Source: Pristiophorus japonicus
Lineage: Eukaryota
Assembly: GCF_044704955.1 (NCBI RefSeq)
Contig: NC_091999.1
Span: 9,796,001-9,860,000 of the forward strand
Reading direction: 5' to 3'
Length of the DNA: 64,000 nucleotides
The translations under genes and the position numbers were made by a program. Shown one piece after another: positions 24,782 through 38,107 of this stretch (position 1 is the stretch's first letter; each line of letters starts with the position of its first letter). Below the pieces are notes generated by a model. It saw only the letters and a list, made by a program, of their open reading frames with translations, was not told the origin of the DNA and ran no database searches.

Positions 24782-25408
24782 TTCCCTAGACCTCAGGGGT
24801 TGCGTGGGGAAGCTGTTCCGATCGATGGAATAAAACCACCATTAACTAACTTTCAGCAAGGCTAGCGATAGACTTGAGAAATCTATTTTCTCCACAGGCC
24901 TGCCGAAATGTTCAACTTTGTATGCCTTCACGTGCTCTCCCATTGGATTGTGTGTTTCCAACACCTCTGTTATCAAGTTCGGAAAGTGGGATCTATCTTT
25001 AGGTAAAACCGGAATAAAGTGTCAGAGGATTTCCCTCGACCTGAACACATCACATGTTCGGTTCTGATCGAATGTGCGGGATGAATTCACAAACACAGGC
25101 TGAATAGAGGAAGCGTTTCCTTTCCTATTAATGGAGCGACCTGAGCATCGATTCATGACTTTAAGGGGAAACAGCTGATCAAGAGCAGAAAGGACAGTTT
25201 AACCCGTCCGTTCATTCTGTGATCGATATTGCGGACCGATTGGCTTCTGCAGTTTGTTTTCTCGGACTCTCCTGGAAATAATTGGCTGACAGTTTGTTCC
25301 GAGGTGAACTTGGTTTCCTCTCGGTATGTGTTTGCACATTGTGTCTTCATCTGCCCGCGGTTCCACATAACCCCAACGGACAGCAGCTCCGATCTACAGT
25401 CGAAAATC

Positions 25409-25447
25409 AGTTTATGTAGGGGGGTGAGACTGCTTTCCATCATTGTG
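25409..25447 (-). other. 23-RSS of B3 (CACAATG-23-ACATAAACT)
   Basis: Heptamer variant retains CAC (25441-25447); nonamer 25409-25417. Confidence 0.88.
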
Positions 25448-25906
25448 AGTTTTAGAGCGCAGTAATACAGGGCAGCGTCAGCCAGCTGCAAGCCGCTGAT
25501 GGTTAAACTCATGAATTTAGTCCAGGTCTGGAGTTCTGCAGAGAAACGCGTTCCGAAACCTTCTCCATTCTCTTGCTGTTTGTTCCAAGGCAGTCTCCTC
25601 ACAACAAACTGGGGTGCTTTCTCTGATTTTTGCCGGTACCAATATGAGACATAAATGTTCACTGCAGTACTATAGGTACATTTTATAGTCACCGCTTCAC
25701 CTTCTCTCCTGCTCACTGATGACTGGAACTGAGTAACAGAAACTCCGTTACTCTGACCTGTAGCATTTGTAGAGGAACAAAATAAGACCGAGTATTAAAG
25801 GTGTCAGTGAAATGATATTAACATTTTACTTCAAACACAGCATTACTGAAGCGTCCTTACCGACAATAAAGACCACAAACACAACCCAGACGCTGAATTG
25901 CCGCAT
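25448..25906 (-). CDS. TRAV/TRDV: TCR alpha/delta-type V gene B3, apparently functional (leader 25861-25906, V exon 25448-25757)
   Basis: MRQFSVWVVFVVFIV; Cys23, Trp41 and Cys104 intact; YYCALK. Confidence 0.9.
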
Positions 25907-27318
25907 GGCCGCTGCGGAGCCCGAACCTGTCAGTCCCTGTAAAAGCCCAAAGCAGGACCAGACGAGACCCCATCAGAGGCTCCTAATGGTTCAACGTCAC
26001 TTCCTGCACTCATTGCTGCAATGACGCAATATCCATTTCACCCACGACATATTAACTCAGATTCAAATGATGGTCCTGGCTCAGTTGAATCCCTTTGAGC
26101 CACAGCATAAAGCAACTCAGAGTGGGCCAGTCACTCAGTGGAATTCTCTGGTGTGAGGAAAGCTTCAGCTTTGCTGAAGTTTGGAGATTGATTTCATGGG
26201 TCCGAACCGGTCACAGAGAGTGAGTGAATGTTGGTTCTCTGCTGGCGTTTGACGGCACAGCGAGAGCATTATTTTATTCCCATTGTACCTTTCGTGTTTA
26301 TACTCAATTATCCGCTGTGTGCAATAGATTTACTCAGGTCGCTATTTCGAACGAACTTGTGATTGCATTCAAGAATGAAATGCTAGCGATTCAATTAAAA
26401 CAACATTAAGATTCGATTCCCACTGAGAGACCAGAGTAAAGCTTCCCTTGCTGTCTCCACAGCAGAAGGTTAACCAAATCAGACCCCCGTCAACCATCTC
26501 AGTCTGAATTGGGAAAGTAAGTGACATCAACTGAACAACATTATCGCTATACAAACAGATACATTGTCACTTCGTGATAGTCGCTCCTCGTCATCAGATT
26601 GCTGTGTTGTCCATTTCTCAGAGGGGTATATGAGAATATTCCTCAAAATTCTTCCAAAGCCGTAAGATTATCACTTTACTGAGTCTACCAGGAGCCGCAA
26701 TTCCACTGTGCTGAAATGGTCAAATGGGAAGGATGGTTAGTGCCATGGGACAAAGTCCGCATCCGTGTTTCAGTTCTTTCTCCCAATCTCTCTCTCTCTC
26801 CCCAATCTCGCTCCCTCTCTTCAGTCGATCTCTCTCCCACCAGTCTCTTTCTCTCTCCATTCCCGTCTCTATCTCTCTCCCCCAAGTCTCTGTCTCTCTC
26901 GATCCCCAATCTGTCTTTCTCCACGAATCTATCTCTCTCTCCCCGTCACTCTGTCTCACTGCCTCCCCCTCTCTCTCTCTCTTCCCCTAAGCCTCTCTCT
27001 CCCCAGTCTCGCTCTCTCTTCCGAGTATGTCTCTCTCTACTGTCTCTGTTTTTAACGCTTCTCCTAATCTCTCTCGCTCGCTCTCCAGTCTCTGCTGCTC
27101 TCTGCCTACCTGCCTCTCTCTCTCTCCCCCCAGTCACTCAATACCTCCGAGTTTTTCTCTCCAACAGAAGGGCGCGAAAATGTCCATATAATCACCGCAA
27201 TATTTCAGCCAAAAGTCTAAATCTGCTCAGCAACATTGTCGACGGTAGCACCAGCCTCCTCACGATACAGCCCACTTGTGGTTTCGGGTCAGAGGAGCCT
27301 GCTCATGCGCGGGACAGG

Positions 27319-27350
<32 letters not shown>

Positions 27351-27822
27351 CTGTGGGAGCGGGTGCGGAGGATTGCGGGTTGGGGGTGTCAGTGTCCATG
27401 GCGACCGTGCGATTGAGCAGCACGTCGGGTGGAGAGCAGGGCGCACATGCGTTGCAGGTCGGTAAAACCGTTTCAAAGAATCAGTCCGATTGATTGAGCA
27501 TCGTCGAGCACATTCAAACCCTATTGAGATTGAATATTATCTCCATCATTCGACTATATTGGTAGTTCCTCGGAAATGAATATGGATCCCTTCCCTAAAT
27601 ATCTGCAAAATCCTTACATTAATGTCTAGCTGAAGCTAAAACTGTACTGAAAGTAAACACATCTGGTGGTAAGTGATAGTTGGTGACATGGAAGAAACTC
27701 CTCAACCGGGTTACATTCCATGAGTGCTTCGTTCATTACAGATTTTAATATACCAGAGATACCTTTCAAATGATAGCTGCATAAAACTACCATTACTCAT
27801 TATTGCAGTTGCTTTAAGATTT

Positions 27823-29038
27823 GCAGCATGAGGAAATAATTGATCAACGGGAATTGTTAAGGAACGTTCGTGTCTGACTAACTTGATTGAATTCTCTGAG
27901 GAGGTAACAAGGAGGGTCGATTACTGCAGTGTTTTTGTTGTAGTTTACATGGATTTTAGCAAAGCGTTTGCCAAGCTCCCGCCTATTAGCCTGATCAAAA
28001 ATGGATCCAAATTGGTTCCAAATTTGACTCGGTGGCATGTAGCAAAGGGTTCTTTTTGTGACTGTAAGATGTCTACCAGTGAGGTTCCACAGGGCTCAGT
28101 ACGCGGTCATTTACTTTTTGTTGCATATATTAATTGTTTAGACTGAACTGTAGGGGGCATGACAACGAAATTTGCAGATGATACAACAAATCACCTTATG
28201 GCTGACAGTAAGGATGAAAGCGCAAGACAGCAGGAAATATCAATGAACTGGTCAGTTGGATGGAAAATTATCAAATGGAATTCAATCCGGAAACGAGCAA
28301 AGCAATGCATTTGGGGAGGAGCAACAATTCAAGGGAATATCTAATAAATGGGAGGATACTGAGAGGTGTGGAGGAACAGAGTGACCTTAAAGGTAGCAGA
28401 GCAGATTGACAATCTAGTTAAACGGCATACAGAATGCTGTCCTTTACTGGCCGAGACATAGAAGACTTTACGTGCAAGAACTTTATACAACATTACATAG
28501 GCCACAGTTTGACTATTGCGTGCAGTTCTGGGCATTACAATACAGGAAGAACTTGATTGCACTAGAAAGGGTGCAGAGGAGATTACGAGGATTTTGGCAA
28601 GATTGGCAAATATTATGAGGAAATATGTTATAGGCTGGGCTTCTTTTTCTTGGAACAGAGGAGGCTGAGGGGAGATTACTTTAGGAATATACAATAATGA
28701 GCAGCCGAGGTAAATTGGATAAAAAGGATCCATTTCCCTGGTAGAGGGGTCAAAAACCAGGGGGCAAATAATTCAATTTTTTGGCAGAAGGATTAGAGCG
28801 GAGATTGGGACAAAATTCTTCACCAGAGACTGTTGGGATTTGGAACTCACTGCCTGAAATGGTCGTCGAGGCAGAAACCCTCATCACGTTTTAAATACAC
28901 TTGGATATGCACTTAAAGAGCCTTAATCTACAGGGCGACGGACTTCATGTTGGAAAATAGATTTAGGCTGGGAAACGACGCATACACGATGGGCCGAATG
29001 GCCTACTTCTGTGTCGTAATTTTCTCTGATTCTGTGAA
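27823..29038 (+). mobile_element. Decayed CR1 3' fragment (cassette copy)
   Basis: IEFSEEVTRRVD..VYMDFSKAF, TKFADDT. Confidence 0.85.
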
Positions 29039-29857
29039 GCGTGCTAGGGAGTGCATGTGATGAGGAGTAGCTGCCAAAACAAGAACAATATCCGGAGGAG
29101 TGGATCTTTATGAATCTTAACAACAAGAACACAGATACAAACTGGTTCTAAATGTTGATAGATTTATATAAATCAGGAAAAGCATGCGACCGAGTCCCAC
29201 GTGAGCAGTGAGAAATTCGTGACCACAGCGCCCTCAGACGAATATAATGAGAACATTTAGAATATTCGGATATCGGATGAATAGTAACCACCATAAATAT
29301 TTCTAGTGGCAGTTTGCAGTGCAAATTCATGGGCAGATGTGGTGATGCTGATGCCAAATGTCGAGCCCTGTACATCAACACTTACAAGGGCATCAACATT
29401 AATCAGATTAATTGGAACGTGAAAATTCACAGATCCGCTTGCGGATTTGACCCTCTCTGATCTGCACAATAAACAACAAACCACAATGCGTATTCACAAC
29501 AATGGACTTTAATTTCCTTTCAGGCTAACAGAGGCCGGCTGACCCTGACCTTTGTACACCGACTGCAGGCAGTCATCGTGTGTTGTTCTCCTGGTTTCCC
29601 CGGTGTCCAGTGAGTCCTTTCTCTGTGTCTCTGCATTGAAGGATACTTGATGTAATCTGCCCGCCTCCCACCCCCCCCACCGTGCCCCGCTCAGCGAGAA
29701 TATTATTCGAGGCATAGACAAGCAGTTGCCAATCTGTTTGTCAGTCATCAGCCTTGTTACCTCTATAAAGACATCTCCCTCATCTACCTGCCTTGGTATG
29801 TATCAGAATGAAGCGTTTAGGGTCGAATCTGCCTGCACCAGTAGTCTGCGTGTACAA

Positions 29858-30285
29858 GGAGTCAGCCGTAGCTGAGATGGAAGGACTCTCGCCTTTGACT
29901 CCGAAGGGTGTGAATTCATTTCACACTCCAGAGTCTTGCACGCAAAATCTAGCCCCACATTTCCCATATGAATACTGAGGGAGTGATGAACTTTCAGGGG
30001 TGCCATCTTTAGGATGAGACGTGAAACCGAGGCGCTGTTTGCTTTCTCAGGAGGACATAATATATGTCTGCGGTGCGCTGTTGAATATTTATCCCTGAAT
30101 AAACATCATTATTACGTATTAACTGGTCATTATGACGTCACTGTTTGCGGGACCCTGATGGGTGCAAACTGGCTGCTACGTTTCCGACATTACACGAGTG
30201 AAGACACTTCAAATACTTCACTGCCTGTTAGTCACTTAGGGACGACATGAAAGGTCCTCCATCAATAATAGTTCTCTTTCTTTAC
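29858..30285 (+). mobile_element. SacSINE1/DeuSINE-like SINE (cassette copy)
   Basis: Paralog of 11470-11893. Confidence 0.8.
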
Positions 30286-30464
30286 TCGTTTGAATATTGT
30301 TATTATATATTTATTAGTAATAAACGTAAATACGTGTGAGAATTAAAAGTACAAGATATCACTCGAGACCAACTCAGATGCGCCCCTGATTGCACTGTCT
30401 ACATGATGCTGAAAGACAGCCTGACAATTTTTGTACCGGTTGAGCCCCGCTCTGTATCTCTGTG

Positions 30465-30881
30465 GCGCTCAGTGCACAGTAATGTACTGTGGAATCTGTC
30501 AGTGTTGGTCCAGACACGTTCAGCGTGAGGGTTTGGCTCCAGTCAGTGAGCTTCGTTGAAAAACGCTCCCCTGGAAATCTCGCTCTCCTCTCGCTGTATC
30601 TGCTTCTCTGCAACAGATGCTGCAAGGAGCCGTTGGAATACTGGCCGTACCAGTAGAGGTGAACAGTATCTCCACTTGTTGCTGTATAATCACAGTGTCC
30701 TTCACGTACTGTGGTTATAGCTGGTATCCGTGAAACGGAGTCTCCTTCACAATTCCCAGCAAGAGTCCAGAGCGGTATTAAACTGAGGCATGTCACTTCA
30801 CTGCGTCTAACAGCCAGAATTAGGGAGACATCCAGAGTAATTGCCTGAGAAGTTAATGAGGGCAGATGAAGTGAAATACAC
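30465..30881 (-). pseudogene. TCR V pseudogene/ORF, family A copy 4 (V exon open, splicing and start defective)
   Basis: Cys23, Trp41 and Cys104 retained; RSS CACAGAG-23-ACAAAAATT (30426-30464). GTG start, GC donor, TG acceptor and FR1 deletion. Confidence 0.82.
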
Positions 30882-31509
30882 TTCCCGAGACCTCAGGGGC
30901 TGCGTGGGGAAGGTGTTCCGATCGATGGAATAAAACGTCCTTTAATTAACTATCAGCAAGACTAGCGATGGACTTGAGAAATCTATTTTCTCCACAGGCC
31001 TGCCGAAATGTACAAATATGTATGTCTTCACGTGCTATCCCATTGGATTGTGTGTTTCCAACACCTATGTTATCAAGTTCGGAAAGTGGGATCTATGTTT
31101 AGGTAAAACCGGAATAACGTGTCAAAGGATTTCCCTCGAACCTGAACACATCACATGTTCGGTTCTGATCGAATGGGCGGGATAAATTCACAAACACAGG
31201 CAGAATATGGGAAGCGTTTCCTTTTCCATTAATGGAGCGACCTGAGCATCGCTTCATGACTTTAAGGGTAAACAGCTGATCAAAAGCAGAAAGGACAGTT
31301 TAACCCGTCCGTTCATTCTGTGATCGATCTTGCGGACCGATTGGCTTCTGCAGTTTGTTTTCGCGGACGCTCCTGGAAATAGGTGGCTGACTGTTTTATC
31401 CGAGGTTAACTTGGTTTCCTCTCGGTTTGTGTTTGCACATTGTGTCTTCATCTGCCCGCGGTTCCACATAACCCCAACAGACAGCAGCTCCGATCTACAG
31501 TCGAAAGGC

Positions 31510-31548
31510 AGTTTATGTAGGGGGGTGAGACTGCTTTCCATCACTGTG
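31510..31548 (-). other. 23-RSS of B4 (CACAGTG-23-ACATAAACT)
   Basis: Heptamer 31542-31548, nonamer 31510-31518. Confidence 0.92.
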
Positions 31549-32007
31549 AGTCTCAGAGCGCAGTAATACAGGGCAGCGTCAGCTAGCTGCAAGCCGGTGA
31601 CGGTTAAACTCGTGAATTTCGTCGAGGTCTGGAGTTCTGCAGAGAAACGGGTTCCGAAACCTTCTCCTTTCTCTTGCTGTGTGTGCCAAGACAGTCTGCT
31701 CACAACAAACTGGGGCGCCTTCTCTGCTTTTTGCCGGTAACAATATAAGACATATCTGTTCACTGCGGTACTATAGGTACATTTTATAGTCACCGCTTCA
31801 CCTTCTCTCCTGCTCAATGAAGACTGGGACTGAGTAACAGAATCTCCGTTACTCTGACCTGCAACGTGTTTAGAGGAACAAGTTAAGATCGAGTATGAAA
31901 GGTGTCAGTGAAATGATATTAACATTTTAGTTCAAACACAGCATTATTGAATCATCCTTACCGACAATAAAGACCACAAACACAACCCAGACGCTGAATT
32001 GCCGCAT
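31549..32007 (-). CDS. TRAV/TRDV: TCR alpha/delta-type V gene B4, open frame but Trp41->Cys (leader 31962-32007, V exon 31549-31858)
   Basis: YVLYCYRQK (TGG->TGT at 31740-31742); otherwise intact. Confidence 0.85.
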
Positions 32008-33425
32008 GGCCGCTGCAAAGCCCGAACCTGTCAGTCCCTGTAAAAGCCCAAAGCAGGACCAGACGAGACCCCGTCAGAGGCTCCTAATCGTTCAATGTCA
32101 CTTCCTGCACTCATTGCTGCAATGACGCAATATCCATTTCACCCACGACATATTAACTCAGATTCAAATGATGGTCCTGGCTCAGTTGAATCCCGTTGAG
32201 CCACAGCATAAAGCAACTCAGAGTGGGCCAGTCACTCAGTGGAATTCTCTGTTGTGAGGAAAGCTTCAGCTTTGCTGAAGTTTGGAGATTGATTTAATGG
32301 GTTGGAACCAGTCACACAGAATGAGTGAATGTTGGTTCTCTGCTGGCGGTTGACGGCACAGCCGGAGCACTATTTTATTCCCATTGTACCTTTCGTATTT
32401 ATACTCAATTATCCGCTGTGTGCAATAGATGTACTCTGGTCGCTATTTTGAATGAACGTGTGAATTCATTCAAAAAGGAAATGCTAGCGATTGAGTTGAA
32501 ACAGCATTAAGATTAGATTCCCACTGAGAAACCAGAGGAAAACTTTCTTTTCTCTCTTCATAGCAGAAGGTTAACCAAATCAGACCCCCGTCAACCATCT
32601 TAGTGTGAATAGGGAAAGTAAGTGACATCAACTGAACAACATTATCGCTATACAACCAGATACATTGTCACTTCGTGATAGTAGCTCCCCGTCATCAGAT
32701 TGCTGTGTTGTCAAGTTCTCAGAGGGGTATATGAGAATATTCCTCAAAATTCTTCCAAAGCCGTAAGATTATCACTTTACTGAGTCTACCAGGAGCCGCA
32801 ATTCCACTGTGCTGAAATGATCAAATGGGAAGGATGGTTAGTGCCATGGGAGAAAGTCCCCATCCGTGTTTCAGTTCTTTCTCCCAATCTCTCTCTCTCT
32901 CTCCCCAATCTCGCTCCCTCTCTTCAGTCTATCTCTCTCCCACCAGTCTCTTTCTTTCTACATTCCCGTCTCTACCTGTCTCTCCCAAGTCTCTGTCTCT
33001 CTCGATCCCCAGTCTGTCTTTCTCCCCTAATCTCTCTTTCTCTCCCCGTCACTCTGTCTCACTGCCTCCCCCCCTCTCTCTCTCTTCCCCCAAGCCTCTC
33101 TCTCCCCAGTCTCGCGCTCTCTTCCGAGTATGTCTCTCTCTACTGTCTCTGTTTTTAATGCTTCTCCTAGTCTTTCTCGCTCTCTCTCCAGTCTCTGCTG
33201 CTCTCTGCCTACCTGCCTCTCTCTCTCTCCCCCCAGCCACTCAATACCTCCGTGTTTTTCTCTCCAACAGAAGGGCACGAAAATGTCCATCAATATAATC
33301 ACCACAATATTTCAGCCAAAAGTCTAAATCTGCGCAGCAACATTGTCGACGGTAGCACCAGCCTCCTCACGATACAGCCCACTTGTGGTTTCGGGTCAGA
33401 GGAGCCTGCTCATGCACGGGATAGG

Positions 33426-33460
<35 letters not shown>

Positions 33461-33938
33461 AGCGGGTGCGGAGGATTGCGGGGTGGTGGGGTGTCGGTGA
33501 CCATGGCGGCCGTGCGATTGAGCAGCACGTCGGGTGGAAACCAGGGTGCACATGCGTTGCAGGTCGGTAAAACCATTTCAAAGAATCACTCCGATTGATT
33601 AAGCATCGTCGTTCACATTCAAACCCTACCGTTGTCACTTTGAGATTGAATATCAGCTCCATCATTCGACTATGTTGGTAGTTCCTCGGAAATGAATATC
33701 GATCCCTTCCCCAAATATCTGCAAAAATCCTTACATTAATGGCTAGGTGAAGCTAAAACTGTACTGAAAGTAAACACATCTGGTGGTAAGTGATAGTTGG
33801 TGACATGGAAGAAACTCCTCAACCGGGTTACATTCCATGAGTGCTTCGTTCATTACAGATTTTAATATACCAGAGATACCTTTCAAATGATAGCTGTATA
33901 AAACTACCATAACTAATATTGCAGTTGCTTTAAGATTT

Positions 33939-35190
33939 GCAGCATGAGGAAATAATTGATCAACGGGAATTGTTAAGGAACGTTCGTGTCTGACTAATTT
34001 GATTGAATTCTCTGAGGAGGTAACAAGGAGGGTCGATTACTGCAGTGTTTTTGTTGTAGTTTACATGGATTTTAGCAAGGCGTTTGCCAAGCTCCCGCCT
34101 ATTGGCCTGATCAAAAATGGATCAAAATTGGTTCCTAATTTGACTCGGTGGCATGTAGCAAAGGGTTCTTTTTGTGACTGTAAGATGTCTACCAGTGAGG
34201 TTCCACAGGGCTCAGTACGCGGTCATTTACTTTTTGTTGCATATATTAATTGTTTAGACTGAACTGTAGGAGGCATGACAACGAAATTTGCAGATGATAC
34301 AACAAATCACCTTATGGCTGACAGTAAGGATGAAAGTGCAAGACAGCAGGAAATATCAATGAACTGGTCAGTTGGATGGAAAATTATCAAATGGAATTCA
34401 ATCCGGAAACGTGCAAAGCAATGCATTTGGGGAGGAGCAACAATTCAAGGGAATATCTAATAAATTGGAGGATACTGAGAGGTGTGGAGGAACAGAGTGA
34501 CCTGGGTGAAAACGTCCACATATCCTTAAACGTAGCAGAGCAGATTGACAAGCTAGTTAAAAGACATACAGAATGCTGTCCTTTACTGGCCGAGGCATAG
34601 AAGACTTTACGTTCAAGAACTTTATACAACATTACACAGGCCACATTTTGCCTACTGCATGCAGTTCTGGGCATTACAATACAGGAAGGACTTGATTGCA
34701 CTAGAAAGGGTGCAGAGGAGATTACGAGGATTTTGGCAGGATTGGCAAATATTATGAGGAAAGATGTTATAGGCTGGGCTTCTTTTTCTTGGAACAGCGG
34801 AGGCTGAGGGGAGATTACTTTAGGAATATATAATAATGAGCAGCCGAGGTAAAGTGGATAAAAAGGATATATTTCCCTAGCAGAGGGGTCAAAAACCAGG
34901 GGGAAAATAATTCAATTATTTGGCAGAAGGATTAGAGCGGAGATTGGGACAAAATTCTTCAGCAGAGACTGTTGGGATTTGGAACTCACTGCCTGAAATG
35001 GTCGTAGAGGCTGAAACCCTCATCACGTTTTAAATATACTTGGATATGCACTTAAAGAGCCTTAATCTACAGGGCGACGGACTTCATGCTGGAAAATAGA
35101 TTTAGGCTGGGAAACTTTTTTTCGAACGACGCATATACGATGGGCCGAATGGCCTACTTCTGTGTCGTAATTTTCTCTGATTCTGTGAAG
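33939..35190 (+). mobile_element. Decayed CR1 3' fragment (cassette copy)
   Basis: Same RT remnants as the other units. Confidence 0.85.
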
Positions 35191-35978
35191 CGTGCTAGGG
35201 AGAGCATGTGATGAGGAATAGCTGCCAAAACAAGAACAATAGCGGGAGGAGTGGATCTTTATCAATCTTAACAACAAGAACACAGATACAAACTGGTTTT
35301 AAATGTTGATAGATTTATATAAATCAGGAAAAGCATGCGGCCTCGTCCCACGGGAGCAGTGAGAAATTGGTGACCACAGCGCCCTCAGCCGGATACAATG
35401 AGAACATTTAGAATATTCGGATATCGGATGAACAGTAACCACCGTAAATGTTTCTAGTGGCAGTTTGCAGTGCAAATCCATGGGCAGATGTGGTGATGCT
35501 GATGCCAAATGTCGAGCCTTGTACATCAACACTTACAGGGGCATCAACATTAATCAGATTAATTGGAACGTGGATTTGACCCTCTCTGATCTGCACAATA
35601 AACAACAAACCACAATGCGTATTCACAACAACGGACTTTAATTTCCTTTCAGGCTAACAGAGGCCGGCTGACCCTGACCTTTGTACACCGACTGCAGACA
35701 GTCATCGTGTATTGTTCTCCTGCCTTCCCCGGTGTCCAGTGAGTCCTTTCTCTGTGTCTCTGCATTGAAGGATACTTGATGTAATCTGCCCGCCACCCCA
35801 CCCCGCCCCGCTCAGCGAGAATATTATTCGAGGCATAGACAAGCAGTTGCCCATCTGTCTGTCAGTCATCAGCCTTGTTACCTCTATAAAGACCTCTCCC
35901 TCATCTACTTGCCTTGGTATGTATCAGAATGAAGCGTTTAGGGTCGAATCTGCCTGCACCAGTAGTCTGAGTGTACAA

Positions 35979-36405
35979 GGAATCAGCCCTAGCTGAGTTG
36001 GAAGCACTCTCGCCTTTGAATCCGAAGGGTGTGAATTCATTTCACACTCCAGAGTCTTGCGCGCAAAATCTAGCCCCACATTTCCCATATGAATACTGAG
36101 GGAGTGATAAACTTTCAGGGGTGCCATCTTTAGGATGAGACGTGAAACCGAGGCGCTGTTTGCTTTCTCAGGAGGACATAATATACGTCTGCGGTGCGCT
36201 GTTGAATATTTATCCCTCAATAAACATCATTATCACGTATTATCTGGTCATTATGACGTCACTGTTTGAGGGACCCTGATGGGTGCAACTGGCTGCTACG
36301 TTTCCTACATTACACGAGTGAAGATACTTCAAATACTTCACTGTCTGTTAGTCACTTAGGGACGTCACGAAAGGTCCTCCATCAATAATAGTTCTCTTTC
36401 TTTAC
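35979..36405 (+). mobile_element. SacSINE1/DeuSINE-like SINE (cassette copy)
   Basis: Paralog of 11470-11893. Confidence 0.8.
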
Positions 36406-36594
36406 TCGTTTGAATATTGTTATTATATATTTATTAGTAATAAATGTAAATACATGTGAGAATTAAAAGTACAAGATATCACTCGAGACCAACTCAGATG
36501 CGCCCCTGATTGCACTGTCCGCATGATGCGCTGATATGCTGAAAGACAGTCTGACAATTTTTGTACCGCTTGAGCCCCGCTCTGTATCTCTGTG

Positions 36595-36992
36595 GCGCTC
36601 AGTGCACAGTAATGTACTGTGGAATCTGTCAGTGTTTGTCCAGACACGTTCAGCGTGAGGGTTCGGCTCCAATCAGTGAGCTTCGTTGAAAAACGCTCCC
36701 CTGGAAATCTCCCTCTCCGCTCGCTGTATCTGCTTCTCTGCTGTTGGAATACTGGCGGTACCAGTAGAGGTGAACAGTATCTCCACTTGTTGCTGTATAA
36801 TCACAGTGTCCTTCACGTACTGTGGTTATAGCTGGCATCTGTGAAACGGAATCTCCTTCACAATTCCCAGCAAGAGTCCAGAGCGGTATTAAACTGTGGC
36901 ATGTCACTTCACTGCGTCTAACAGCCAGAATCAGGGAGACATCCACAATAATTGCCTGAGAAGTTAATGAGGGCAGATGAAGTGAAATACAC
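36595..36992 (-). pseudogene. TCR V pseudogene, family A copy 5
   Basis: Frameshifting ~19-nt deletion in FR2 (~36742) in addition to the shared lesions. Heptamer CACAGAG at 36588-36594. Confidence 0.88.
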
Positions 36993-37609
36993 TTCCAGAG
37001 ACCTCAGGGGCTGCGTGGGGATCAATGGAATAAAACGTCCTTTAATTAACTATCAGCAAGACTAGCGATAGACTTGAGAAATCTATTTTCTCCACAGGCC
37101 TGCCGAAATGTACAAATATGTATGTCTTCACGTGCTATCCCATTGGATTGTGTGTTTCCAACACCTATGTTGTCAAGTTCGGAAAGTGGGATCTATCTTT
37201 AGGTAAAACCGGAATAACGTGTCAAAGGATTTCCCTCGAACCTGAACACATCACATGTTCGGTTCTGATCGAATGTGCGGGATGAATTCACAAACACAGG
37301 CAGAATATGGGAAGCGTTTCCTGTCCCATTAATGGAGCGACATGAGCATAGATTCATGAATTTAAGGATAAACAGCTGTTCAATAGCAGAAAGGACAGCT
37401 TAACCCGTCCGTTCATTCTGTGATCGATCTTGCGGACTGATTGGCTTCTGCAGTTTGTTTTCTCGGCCGCTCCTGGAAATAGTTGGCTGACAGTTTGTTC
37501 CGAGGTTAATTTGGTTTCCTCTCGGTATGTGTTTGCACATTGTGTCTTCATCTGCCCGCGGTTCCACATAACCCCAACTGACAGCAGCTCCGATTTACAG
37601 TCGAAAGGC

Positions 37610-37648
37610 AGTTTATGTAGGGGGGTGAGACTACTTTCCATCACTGTG
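37610..37648 (-). other. 23-RSS of B5 (CACAGTG-23-ACATAAACT)
   Basis: Heptamer 37642-37648, nonamer 37610-37618. Confidence 0.92.
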
Positions 37649-38107
37649 AGTCCCAGAGCGCAGTAATACAGGGCAGCGTCAGCCAGCTGCAAGCCGGTGA
37701 TGGTTAAACTCGTGAATTTAGTCGAGGTCTGGAGTTCTGCAGAGAAACGCGTTCCAAAACCTTCTCCTTTCTCTTGCTTTGTTTTCCAAGACAGTCTCCT
37801 CACAACAAACTGGGGCGCCTTCTCTGCTTTTTGCCGGTACCAATATAAGACATAGCTGTTCACTGCGGTACTATAGGTACATTTTATAGTCACCGCTTCA
37901 CCTTCTCTCCTGCTCACTGAAGACTGGGACTGAGTAACAGAATCTCCGTTACTCTGACCTGCAACATGTTTAGAGGAACAAGTTAAGACCGAGTATGAAA
38001 GGTGTCAGTGAAATGAAATTAACATTTTAGTTCAAACACAGCATTATTGAATCATCCTTACCGACAATAAAGACCACAAACACAACCCAGACGCTGAATT
38101 GCCGCAT
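37649..38107 (-). CDS. TRAV/TRDV: TCR alpha/delta-type V gene B5, apparently functional (leader 38062-38107, V exon 37649-37958)
   Basis: Intact leader and splice sites, Cys/Trp/Cys, YYCALG, RSS. Confidence 0.92.
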
